Sequence record: KR014248 | Origin: Escherichia phage vB_EcoM_AYO145A | Length of the DNA: 64,000 bases | Strand: one strand, 5' to 3' | In this document: piece after piece, positions 5,281 through 12,327 of the stretch | Numbering within the stretch: the first letter of the stretch is position 1 | Layout: the number at the start of each line of letters is the position of its first letter | Notes under the pieces: generated by a model | What the model was told of the DNA's origin: nothing | Seen by the model: only the letters and a program-made list of their open reading frames with translations | Database searches by the model: none | Translations under genes and position numbers: made by a program

Positions 5281-5358
5281 GGGAGATTGACGGTAATTGG
5301 TAAACCTATCTCGCTTAGAACGAGATGTTTGAGGGTTCGAATCCCTTGTCTCCTACCA
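5281..5358 (+). tRNA. tRNA with TAG anticodon (Leu), short variable region
   Basis: Acceptor GGGAGAT/GTCTCCT, anticodon stem-loop TCTCG-CTTAGAA-CGAGA, T-arm GAGGGTTCGAATCCCTT, A73, CCA. At 78 nt it lacks a type II long arm. Confidence 0.75.
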
Positions 5359-5365
5359 AATTAAT

Positions 5366-5441
5366 GCAGGTGTAGCAAAATGGTTATGCGGCTGACTCTT
5401 AATCAGTAAGACGATGGGTTCAATTCCCTCCACCTGTACCA
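5366..5441 (+). tRNA. tRNA-Lys (CTT)
   Basis: Acceptor GCAGGTG/CACCTGT, anticodon loop CTCTTAA, T-loop TTCAATT. CCA is encoded. Paralogous to the Lys(TTT) gene. Confidence 0.82.
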
Positions 5442-5447
5442 AACAAT

Positions 5448-5523
5448 GGGGATGTAGTTTACATGGTTAAAACATAAGTTTTGCAAACTTAAGTACAGGG
5501 TTCAATTCCCTGCTTCTCCACCA
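5448..5523 (+). tRNA. tRNA-Ala (TGC)
   Basis: Acceptor GGGGATG/CTTCTCC with a G3:T70 wobble (Ala identity pair), anticodon stem-loop TAAGT-TTTGCAA-ACTTA, T-arm CAGGGTTCAATTCCCTG. CCA is encoded. Confidence 0.85.
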
Positions 5524-5529
5524 ATTAGT

Positions 5530-5604
5530 GCATCCATAGTTTAAACGGGAAAATTACAGTCTTCCAAACTGAGGTTGAGGGTTCGATTCCCTCTGGATGC
5601 TCCA
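5530..5604 (+). tRNA. tRNA-Gly (TCC)
   Basis: Acceptor GCATCCA/TGGATGC, anticodon loop CTTCCAA, T-arm GAGGGTTCGATTCCCTC. CCA is encoded. Confidence 0.88.
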
Positions 5605-5610
5605 AACAAT

Positions 5611-5687
5611 GCTGCTTTCGTATAATTGGCTATTACACATCCCTTGTAAGGATGGAAATGCAGGTTCGAGTCCTGTGAGCAGCACCA
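5611..5687 (+). tRNA. tRNA-Thr (TGT)
   Basis: Acceptor GCTGCTT/GAGCAGC, anticodon stem-loop CATCC-CTTGTAA-GGATG, T-arm GCAGGTTCGAGTCCTGT. CCA is encoded. Confidence 0.88.
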
Positions 5688-5690
5688 ATT

Positions 5691-5779
5691 CAGAGGTCAA
5701 GTGAAAGACCGCTTTGAGTCAACTGAAGACCGTAACAAATTCCACGGAGTTGAGTTAGCGGCACAACTCCAGACCTCTT
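5691..5779 (+). ncRNA. structured spacer element between tRNA-Thr and tRNA-Val
   Basis: Outer stem AGAGGTC (5692-98)/GACCTCT (5772-78), inner hairpin GGAGTTG/CAACTCC. Contains CTGAAGACCGT, which resembles the YL 5' motif. Confidence 0.35.
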
Positions 5780-5783
5780 TCAT

Positions 5784-5858
5784 ACTCGCTTAGTTTATAT
5801 GGTAAAACATCACCCTTACAAGATGAAGAAAAAGGTTCAAGCCCTTTAGTGAGTACCA
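5784..5858 (+). tRNA. tRNA-Val (TAC)
   Basis: Acceptor ACTCGCT/AGTGAGT, D-stem GTTT/AAAC, anticodon loop CTTACAA, T-arm AAAGGTTCAAGCCCTTT. CCA is encoded. Confidence 0.85.
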
Positions 5859-5859
5859 T

Positions 5860-5937
5860 GTTCCAGTATCCCAATTGGCAGAGGATGCAAGCTCAAACCT
5901 TGTATTAGTGACGGTTCGAATCCGTCTTGGAACACCA
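5860..5937 (+). tRNA. tRNA with CAA anticodon (Leu), short variable region
   Basis: Acceptor GTTCCAG/TTGGAAC, Leu-like D-loop CCAATTGGCAGAGG, anticodon stem-loop GCAAG-CTCAAAC-CTTGT, T-arm GACGGTTCGAATCCGTC, A73, CCA. 78 nt. Confidence 0.78.
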
Positions 5938-5942
5938 ATTTT

Positions 5943-6018
5943 GCAGGATTAGTTCAAATGGAAAGAGCAACAGTCTACGAAGCTGTTAATAGGGGTTCGA
6001 ATCCCTTATCCTGCGCCA
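5943..6018 (+). tRNA. tRNA-Arg (ACG)
   Basis: Acceptor GCAGGAT/ATCCTGC, D-stem GTTC/GAGC, anticodon stem-loop ACAGT-CTACGAA-GCTGT, T-arm AGGGGTTCGAATCCCTT. CCA is encoded. Confidence 0.88.
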
Positions 6019-6037
6019 ATTTAAAGAGGCTATTTAG

Positions 6038-6595
6038 ATGAGATATTTGAAGTATGCTTCATGGATTTTCTTAGCTTTGTTAGAGCCATTTGCAGCAATC
6101 TTAGCAGTTATCTTAGCACCTTTCGTAGTTCCATTCTACAGTGAGAAGAAAGGCCACTTACCTTTCGGATTTAGATGGATGGAGACCTATGACAACCCGA
6201 TTGATGGTGATGAAGGCCACGTTAAAAGATGGGCTAAGATTAGAAAGATTGGTAAGCTCGGTGTTTATATGCAGAGAGTTGGATGGCTCTGGAGAAACAA
6301 AGCTTATAACTTCTCTTACCATGTATTAGGAAGAGATGTAAAAGATGTTACTAAGTGGAAAGGTAATATCAACGTAAGTTCTAACCCTGAAGATAATCAG
6401 ACAGGTTATCTCCTAATGTGGAACAGTAATGCTTGGGGATTATTTGCTTTTATCCCATCTATTAAAGTCTTTGGTAAACAATTCTACTGGAGAATTTATG
6501 TTGGGTGGAAACTAAAAAGTGTTGTCCCAGAAGAAAGAGCATTCTCAAGGGAAAGAGTTATGTTGGCATTCTTTATTCATCCACTAAGAAAATAA
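6038..6595 (+). CDS. hypothetical membrane protein embedded in the tRNA array
   Basis: 185-aa ORF with AAAGAGG RBS. The N-terminus is hydrophobic (WIFLALLEPFAAILAVILAPFVVPF). Confidence 0.7.
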   Translation: MRYLKYASWIFLALLEPFAAILAVILAPFVVPFYSEKKGHLPFGFRWMETYDNPIDGDEGHVKRWAKIRKIGKLGVYMQRVGWLWRNKAYNFSYHVLGRDVKDVTKWKGNINVSSNPEDNQTGYLLMWNSNAWGLFAFIPSIKVFGKQFYWRIYVGWKLKSVVPEERAFSRERVMLAFFIHPLRK

Positions 6596-6603
6596 AGATT
6601 TAA

Positions 6604-6679
6604 AGGGGATTAGTTTACAAGGTTAAAACCTCGGTCTTTGAAATCGAAGAAGTTGGTTCAATTCCAACATCCCCCGCCA
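6604..6679 (+). tRNA. tRNA-Gln (TTG)
   Basis: Acceptor AGGGGAT/ATCCCCC (1:72 A-C mismatch), anticodon stem-loop TCGGT-CTTTGAA-ATCGA, T-arm GTTGGTTCAATTCCAAC. CCA is encoded. Confidence 0.82.
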
Positions 6680-6681
6680 AT

Positions 6682-6760
6682 GCTCCATTACTCCAATTGG
6701 CAGAGAGGCCAGACTTAAAATCTGTGTTATGTATCGGTTCGAATCCGATATGGAGTACCA
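6682..6760 (+). tRNA. tRNA with TAA anticodon (Leu), short variable region
   Basis: Acceptor GCTCCAT/ATGGAGT, D-loop CCAATTGGCAGAG, anticodon loop CTTAAAA, T-arm ATCGGTTCGAATCCGAT, A73, CCA. 79 nt. Confidence 0.78.
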
Positions 6761-6765
6761 AATTT

Positions 6766-6841
6766 AGCGGTATAGCATAACTGGCAATGCAACAGTCTCT
6801 GAAGCTGTCCTATTAAGGTTCAAATCCTTATGCCGCTGCCA
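6766..6841 (+). tRNA. tRNA-Gln (CTG)
   Basis: Acceptor AGCGGTA/TGCCGCT, D-stem GCAT/ATGC, anticodon stem-loop ACAGT-CTCTGAA-GCTGT, T-arm TAAGGTTCAAATCCTTA. CCA is encoded. Confidence 0.85.
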
Positions 6842-6845
6842 CTTC

Positions 6846-6869
6846 TAAGGGTTCTTACGAGAGTCCTTA
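6846..6869 (+). repeat. conserved-loop hairpin H3
   Basis: Stem TAAGGG/TCCTTA covaries with H1. Loop TTCTTACGAGAG. Ends 3 nt before tRNA-His. Confidence 0.6.
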
Positions 6870-6872
6870 AAT

Positions 6873-6948
6873 GTGGCCTTATCATAAAAGGTAATGACCC
6901 ATGCTGTGAACATGGTCTATACGGGTTCAAATCCCGTAGGTCACCCCA
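6873..6948 (+). tRNA. tRNA-His (GTG)
   Basis: Acceptor GTGGCCT/AGGTCAC, anticodon stem-loop CCATG-CTGTGAA-CATGG, T-arm ACGGGTTCAAATCCCGT, C73, CCA. Confidence 0.88.
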
Positions 6949-6954
6949 ATTTAT

Positions 6955-7030
6955 AGTCCAAGTAGCTTATATGGTTAAAGCGCGTGTCTGAAAAACATGA
7001 GAAGAGGGTTCAAATCCCACTGGACTACCA
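6955..7030 (+). tRNA. tRNA-Phe (GAA); acceptor-stem register ambiguous
   Basis: D-stem GCTT/AAGC, anticodon stem-loop CGTGT-CTGAAAA-ACATG, T-loop TTCAAAT. A perfect 7-bp pairing TAGTCCA/TGGACTA leaves no discriminator before CCA, and other registers leave a bulge. Confidence 0.75.
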
Positions 7031-7046
7031 ATTTCAAAGGTGCTTA

Positions 7047-7781
7047 ATGAAAGAGATGACAGAACAAGGTAAGGAGATTTTTAATCTCTTAAAAACCGGT
7101 AAAGGGTTCTCTAACCCGCTTATTACTGGTGCAGCAGTTCTCGGTGGAACCGTAGCTGCTTCTACATCACTTGTAAGCTCTATTAGTTCTGTAACAGACC
7201 CTACAATGAAGGAGAAACTTGTTGCTGCTGGACTTACAACAGTCCTTTTAAACAGCTTTACAACAAGCCTTACAAGCACTACAGCAACTACTAAGACCCT
7301 AACAGACTACGGTCAAAAGTCTATTGATGAGTTTTCATCACGTATGCAGGTAGCAAAGGGATACTCCAATGTTATGGGTGCAGTAGGAGAACAAGTTGGT
7401 TGTACACCATTCAGTGGTATTATGGGTGTTGCTACAGAGTATGGTCAAAAAGCTATTGACACAATTAACAGTGCACTAGACGGTGTTAATGATGTATTAA
7501 GTGACTTACAAGATGCTATTGATAAAGGTCTTGATACTGTTTCTGATTTAGCTAACCAAGCTGTTAGTAAGATTAATGAAGGTATCTCAAAGATTACAGC
7601 TTATGCAGATGAAGTTGTGCAGATGATTGAAGAAGAAGCTGCCCTTATTGCAGAGTACCTTAAAACAAATATCAATGGGTTCTTAGCAGGTATCTTACCA
7701 GACTGGTTTGATGATGCTTGTAAAACTGGTGTGATTGATACTATTGCAACACCAGAAATGAAGAACGCATTACAGAAATAA
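7047..7781 (+). CDS. hypothetical Ser/Thr-rich coiled-coil protein embedded in the tRNA array
   Basis: Track ORF 6984..7781 trimmed to ATG 7047, because the upstream part overlaps tRNA-Phe. AAAGGTG RBS. Confidence 0.65.
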   Translation: MKEMTEQGKEIFNLLKTGKGFSNPLITGAAVLGGTVAASTSLVSSISSVTDPTMKEKLVAAGLTTVLLNSFTTSLTSTTATTKTLTDYGQKSIDEFSSRMQVAKGYSNVMGAVGEQVGCTPFSGIMGVATEYGQKAIDTINSALDGVNDVLSDLQDAIDKGLDTVSDLANQAVSKINEGISKITAYADEVVQMIEEEAALIAEYLKTNINGFLAGILPDWFDDACKTGVIDTIATPEMKNALQK

Positions 7782-7782
7782 T

Positions 7783-7875
7783 GGAAGATTAACCCTAAAA
7801 GGTAAGGGAGCAGTTTGCTAAACTGCCAGTAGCTGAGAAATCGGTGTACCAGTTCAAGTCTGGTATCTTCCTCCA
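7783..7875 (+). tRNA. tRNA-Ser (GCT), type II
   Basis: Acceptor GGAAGAT/ATCTTCC, anticodon stem-loop GCAGT-TTGCTAA-ACTGC, 21-nt variable arm, T-arm ACCAGTTCAAGTCTGGT. CCA is encoded. Starts 2 nt after the stop of CDS 7047..7781. Confidence 0.88.
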
Positions 7876-7879
7876 ATTT

Positions 7880-7955
7880 GAATCCGTGACAGAAATGGCT
7901 ATGTGCCTGTCTGCAAAACAGGTTTATAAGGGTTCGAGTCCCTTCGGATTCTCCA
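7880..7955 (+). tRNA. tRNA-Cys (GCA)
   Basis: Acceptor GAATCCG/CGGATTC, anticodon stem-loop CCTGT-CTGCAAA-ACAGG, T-arm AAGGGTTCGAGTCCCTT. CCA is encoded. Confidence 0.9.
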
Positions 7956-7992
7956 AGTTATTTTACTCTCTCTCAATTAAAATAATAATAAT

Positions 7993-8052
7993 GCCCTGCT
8001 ATAAGTATTCTTCCTTTCGCTACCGAAGAGTATTTTTAGACAGGGCTTTTTT
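7993..8052 (+). terminator. rho-independent terminator ending the tRNA operon
   Basis: Long imperfect hairpin closed by GCCCTG (7993-98)/CAGGGC (8041-46), followed by TTTTTT. Confidence 0.7.
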
Positions 8053-8117
8053 ACAGAGTTATACTTTATAGGAAGACTTATACAGTATGTCTCTGACGTA
8101 CATTGTGGTTTCTCCTT

Positions 8118-8141
8118 GACGGTCTCTGTGCCGTCTTTTTT
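8118..8141 (+). terminator. rho-independent terminator
   Basis: GACGG-TCTCTGTG-CCGTC followed by TTTTTT. Confidence 0.65.
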
Positions 8142-8177
8142 AAGGGGAAACAATATTAATTATTTGGAGAAAACATA

Positions 8178-8378
8178 ATGAGTGAGAACGTTTATAAAGA
8201 ACTTTATGAAGCTAACAAAAAGCTGGAATTTATGCAGAACACTATCATGGCAATTGCAGACAGATTATCTGTAGCAACAGGTATTGATATCAAAGAGGCA
8301 TCTATGGATGCACTTCTTGATGCTGTTGATGCAAAGTTCGAAGTTAAGAAAGAAGAGACTGCTACAGACTCTGAATAA
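8178..8378 (+). CDS. hypothetical protein upstream of terminase
   Basis: 66-aa ORF with GGAGAAAA RBS, first gene after the tRNA-operon terminators. Confidence 0.6.
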   Translation: MSENVYKELYEANKKLEFMQNTIMAIADRLSVATGIDIKEASMDALLDAVDAKFEVKKEETATDSE

Positions 8379-8399
8379 TTCTATTTGCGGAGGTGCTTA

Positions 8400-10001
8400 A
8401 TGGACTTAAATGCTGTTAAGCAGAAGCGAGTGGAAGATGTTAGGAAAGTCCTAGCTGGAGAGTTGGGGCTTTCTGATGAAGTAAAAGAAATTATCAAATC
8501 ATTCGGTAAAGACCCCTCTAAATTCCTTCCAACTCAAATTCTGACTTTATTAAGATACACACCAGACCAAGTTAGACTTATCTTCAAATTGATGACTGAT
8601 AAGAACTATGTAGCCCCTCAGCCGGGTTCTCAAGAGGTGTTTTTAAATACTAATGCTGACTTGGTTTTATATGGTGGTGCTGCTGGTGCTGGTAAAACTG
8701 CTGCATTGTTAATGGACTCTTTAAGATTTATTGAAGACCCTAACTATAATGCTGTATATTTCCGTCGAAATACAACACAGCTACAAGGTGGTTTATGGCC
8801 TGCTGCAAAGAAACTATTTGGTAAGTTTGGTGGGGTTCCTCACGAGCAGAAGATGACTATCACATTCCCTTCTGGGGCAACTATCAAGTTTACTTATTTA
8901 GAACTTGAAAAACACGCTGAAGGTCATCAGGGTATTGAATACTCAGCTATCTACTTTGACGAAGGTACACACTTCTCTGCCTCACAGATTTCATACCTAC
9001 AGACCCGTCTACGTTCTGGTGCTGAAGGTGATTCATACATGAAGATTTCCATGAACCCAGACAGAGACCACTTCATTTATGATTGGGTAGAGCCATTCTT
9101 AGATGAAGAAGGTTACCCAGACCCTGAGAAATGTGGTCGTATTCGTTGGTATGTTATGAATGATGGTGTGATGGTTTCTGATTGGGAGAGAGACAAGATT
9201 CTTGAAATGTTTCCTCTTGAGATTCCTCAGACATACACCTTCATCTCTGGTACGATTGATGATAACCCAATTCTTGACTTCTTAGAACCTAAATATCGTG
9301 GTAAGTTGGAAAACAACACACCTGTAAACGTTGCAAGACTTCGTTTCGGTAACTGGAAGGCTCGTGCAGAAGGTTCAAACTATTGGCAAAGACAATGGTG
9401 TGAGATTGTTGATTCACTCCCAGAAGATGTGTTTGATGTCAGAGCATGGGACTTAGCAGCGACTTTACCATCTGAAATTAACCCTAACCCAGACTGGACA
9501 GCGGGTGTTAAGATGGGTAAATCTAAAAAAGACGGTTGCTATTATATCATTGATGTAGTAAGATTTAGAGATAGACCCTCTGGAGTCGAAACACAAATTA
9601 ATTTGACTGCTGAAAGTGACGGTAAGCGAACTGGTATTTTTATCCCTCAAGACCCAGGCGCTGCTGGTAAATCCTATGCAACATCCCTCATCAGGAAACT
9701 TGCCGAGAAAGGTTATCGCGCAAGAGCTAAACCAACAAATAAAGATAAAGTTACCCGCTTTGCGGGATTTTCTGCTGCTTCTGAAGCTGGACTTGTAAAA
9801 GTCTTGAGAGGTAGTTGGAACGAAGCTTACTTTCAAGAACTTGAAGGTTTTTGTGGTGATGGTAAAACTAAAGATGACCAAGTGGATGCTACCAGTGATG
9901 CTTTCAACAGTCTTAACGAAGTTAAATTATTCAAGCCACCATCAATGGGTGCTCACACAGACTTAGTGAGAGGAAACCCATATGAGGGGCTTAGACGTTG
10001 A
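8400..10001 (+). CDS. terminase large subunit
   Basis: Walker A YGGAAGAGKT and Walker B-like IYFDEGTHF. Start moved to the ATG after GGAGGTG. Sits at the head of the structural module. Confidence 0.9.
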   Translation: MDLNAVKQKRVEDVRKVLAGELGLSDEVKEIIKSFGKDPSKFLPTQILTLLRYTPDQVRLIFKLMTDKNYVAPQPGSQEVFLNTNADLVLYGGAAGAGKTAALLMDSLRFIEDPNYNAVYFRRNTTQLQGGLWPAAKKLFGKFGGVPHEQKMTITFPSGATIKFTYLELEKHAEGHQGIEYSAIYFDEGTHFSASQISYLQTRLRSGAEGDSYMKISMNPDRDHFIYDWVEPFLDEEGYPDPEKCGRIRWYVMNDGVMVSDWERDKILEMFPLEIPQTYTFISGTIDDNPILDFLEPKYRGKLENNTPVNVARLRFGNWKARAEGSNYWQRQWCEIVDSLPEDVFDVRAWDLAATLPSEINPNPDWTAGVKMGKSKKDGCYYIIDVVRFRDRPSGVETQINLTAESDGKRTGIFIPQDPGAAGKSYATSLIRKLAEKGYRARAKPTNKDKVTRFAGFSAASEAGLVKVLRGSWNEAYFQELEGFCGDGKTKDDQVDATSDAFNSLNEVKLFKPPSMGAHTDLVRGNPYEGLRR

Positions 10002-10017
10002 TAGCTAGGTGAGAAGA

Positions 10018-11484
10018 ATGGCAGAAATTACAGAAACACAAGAAAGCTTACCACCATTTAGAATGGGTGAAGTAGGTTCTTTGGGTCTGAAGGTTAAGAA
10101 TGGAAGAATCTATGAAGAACCTCGTCAGGCACTAAGGTTCCCTGAAAGTATTAAAACTTTCCAATTAATGATGCGTGACCCTGCTGTAGCAGCATCTGTA
10201 AATATTATTAAGATGTTTGTTAGAAAAGTTAACTGGAGATTTGTACCTCCAAAGGGAAAAGAGCAAGACCCTAAAATGCTTGAAAGAGCAGACTTCTTTA
10301 ATTCTTTAATGGATGACATGGAGCATGATTGGGCAGATTTTATTAATTCTGTAATGTCATTCTGCACTTATGGGTTCTGTGTTAACGAGAAAGTTTATAA
10401 GAAGCGACAGGGTAAAAAAGGAAAGTACCAGTCAAAATTTGATGACGGTCTAATTGGGTGGGCTAAATTACCAATCAGAAATCAATCAACGCTTGATAAG
10501 TGGTATTTTGACGAAGACTTTAGAAAAGTTACTGGTGTCAGACAAAATCTAAGAAATGTTTCACATATTGCTGGAGCAATTAATCTTGGAGAAAGACCAC
10601 TAACAAGAAAACTCCCACGAGCTAAATTCATGCTGTTTAAGTATGATGATGAGTATGGTAACCCAGAAGGTCGTTCACCATTACTTAATGCTTATGTACC
10701 GTGGAAGTATAAAGTACAGATTGAAGAGTATGAAGCTGTTGGTGTTTCAAGAGACTTAGTAGGTATGCCAAAGATTGGTTTACCACCAGATTATCTGGAT
10801 GAAAATGCAGAACCTGAAAAGAAAGCTTTCGTACAATACTGCAAAACTGTTGTCAACGATATGATTGCTAATGACAGAGCAGGTTTAATCTGGCCTAGAT
10901 ATATCGACCCAGATACTAAAGAGGATATTTTCGAGTTCTCATTAGTTTCTAGACAGGGTGCTAAAGCATACGATACAGGTTCTATTATTGACAGGTATTC
11001 CAAGCAGATTATGATGGCATTTATGTCAGATGTTCTTGCTATGGGTCAGTCAAAATACGGTTCATTCTCTCTTGCAGATTCTAAGACAAGCTTATTAGCG
11101 ATGTCAGTAGATATTCTGCTGAAGCAAATTAAGAACGTAATTAACCGTGACTTAGTTGCACAGACTTATGCTCTTAATATGTGGGATGATGAAGAACATG
11201 TACAAATCACATATGATGATATCGAAACTCCAGACCTTGAAGCAATTGGTTCTTATATTCAGAAGACTGTTGCAGTAGGTGCTTTGGAAGTTGACAAAGA
11301 GCTATCTAACAAGCTTAGAGAGCATATTGGTCTTCCTCCTGCTGATGAGTCTCAACCAGTATCTGAAAAGCTTTCTCCAAATAGCCAAAGCCGTTCAGGA
11401 GATGGTTATAAGACCGCTGGAGAAGGTACTGCAAAGACACCTTCAGCGAAAGACCCAAGCACAGCAAATAAGGCAAATAAATAA
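10018..11484 (+). CDS. portal protein
   Basis: About 488 aa, immediately after terminase. Start moved to the ATG after GGTGAGAAGA. Size and position are typical of a portal. Confidence 0.75.
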   Translation: MAEITETQESLPPFRMGEVGSLGLKVKNGRIYEEPRQALRFPESIKTFQLMMRDPAVAASVNIIKMFVRKVNWRFVPPKGKEQDPKMLERADFFNSLMDDMEHDWADFINSVMSFCTYGFCVNEKVYKKRQGKKGKYQSKFDDGLIGWAKLPIRNQSTLDKWYFDEDFRKVTGVRQNLRNVSHIAGAINLGERPLTRKLPRAKFMLFKYDDEYGNPEGRSPLLNAYVPWKYKVQIEEYEAVGVSRDLVGMPKIGLPPDYLDENAEPEKKAFVQYCKTVVNDMIANDRAGLIWPRYIDPDTKEDIFEFSLVSRQGAKAYDTGSIIDRYSKQIMMAFMSDVLAMGQSKYGSFSLADSKTSLLAMSVDILLKQIKNVINRDLVAQTYALNMWDDEEHVQITYDDIETPDLEAIGSYIQKTVAVGALEVDKELSNKLREHIGLPPADESQPVSEKLSPNSQSRSGDGYKTAGEGTAKTPSAKDPSTANKANK

Positions 11485-11984
11485 TGGCTGAAGTTATCTC
11501 TATTTCAAATGCTACACGAGTGCATTCGTATAGAGGTGTTCTTATCGTCACTGACAAATTATCTGTAGAGGCTGGCTCAAGGGTCAGCCTTTCAGGTTAT
11601 GTAAGTGATGGTGGAACCTCTGACGTTTTCACTATTTGTAGGTTACTTGATGCACCAATGAGTGGAAAACCGTTTATTTTAGGAAATTGTAGTGAAATTG
11701 TTAAAATTCCATTTGACAGTTCATGCCTTTTGGGTGTAAAGTTATATAACTGCGAGAATAAACGTATCAATGTTAATAGCATTGAAGCCGCTTTCATTAT
11801 CCTCGATACTGCATTTCAATCTCCAATGACAGTTAATAAAGAAACAAACAGACTTGAATACATTTTTTCACAAAATGATTACAAAGTACTTGTCAAAGGT
11901 AAAGTATATGATATGATTGTAAATGTGGTAGATGAATCTGGTAACCATTCAACAGTCCTTAAACAAAAAGTAAGGTTTAATTAA
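11484..11984 (+). CDS. hypothetical head-module protein
   Basis: 166-aa ORF; its ATG overlaps the portal stop. Confidence 0.6.
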   Translation: MAEVISISNATRVHSYRGVLIVTDKLSVEAGSRVSLSGYVSDGGTSDVFTICRLLDAPMSGKPFILGNCSEIVKIPFDSSCLLGVKLYNCENKRINVNSIEAAFIILDTAFQSPMTVNKETNRLEYIFSQNDYKVLVKGKVYDMIVNVVDESGNHSTVLKQKVRFN

Positions 11985-12316
11985 TGGGAACATTAACTAT
12001 TGATGGTAAGAATAAAATCCTCGCCACGCTAACCCCAACGACTATTATTTTACACAATGTAGACCCAACGGCAGACCCTACAGCAAATAAGGTTACTCAG
12101 CCAGTGGCTATTTATTTTTCTGAACCGGATAATGGCTTAATTGCCTCAGAAGATACAGTTAACATTACTGTTCCAGCTTCTGCAACGGTCTCACACTATA
12201 GCTTGTGGGATGCTAACGATAAATGCGTGGCAACTGGTGCTCTTAGCAAACCTCAATTCTTTGCTGAAGAAGGTATCTATGTTATCTCTTCAGTCTCTGT
12301 AGATTTAAACAAATAG
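11984..12316 (+). CDS. hypothetical head-module protein
   Basis: 110-aa ORF with ATGA-type overlap to the upstream gene. Confidence 0.6.
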   Translation: MGTLTIDGKNKILATLTPTTIILHNVDPTADPTANKVTQPVAIYFSEPDNGLIASEDTVNITVPASATVSHYSLWDANDKCVATGALSKPQFFAEEGIYVISSVSVDLNK

Positions 12317-12327
12317 GGTGAGTAAAA

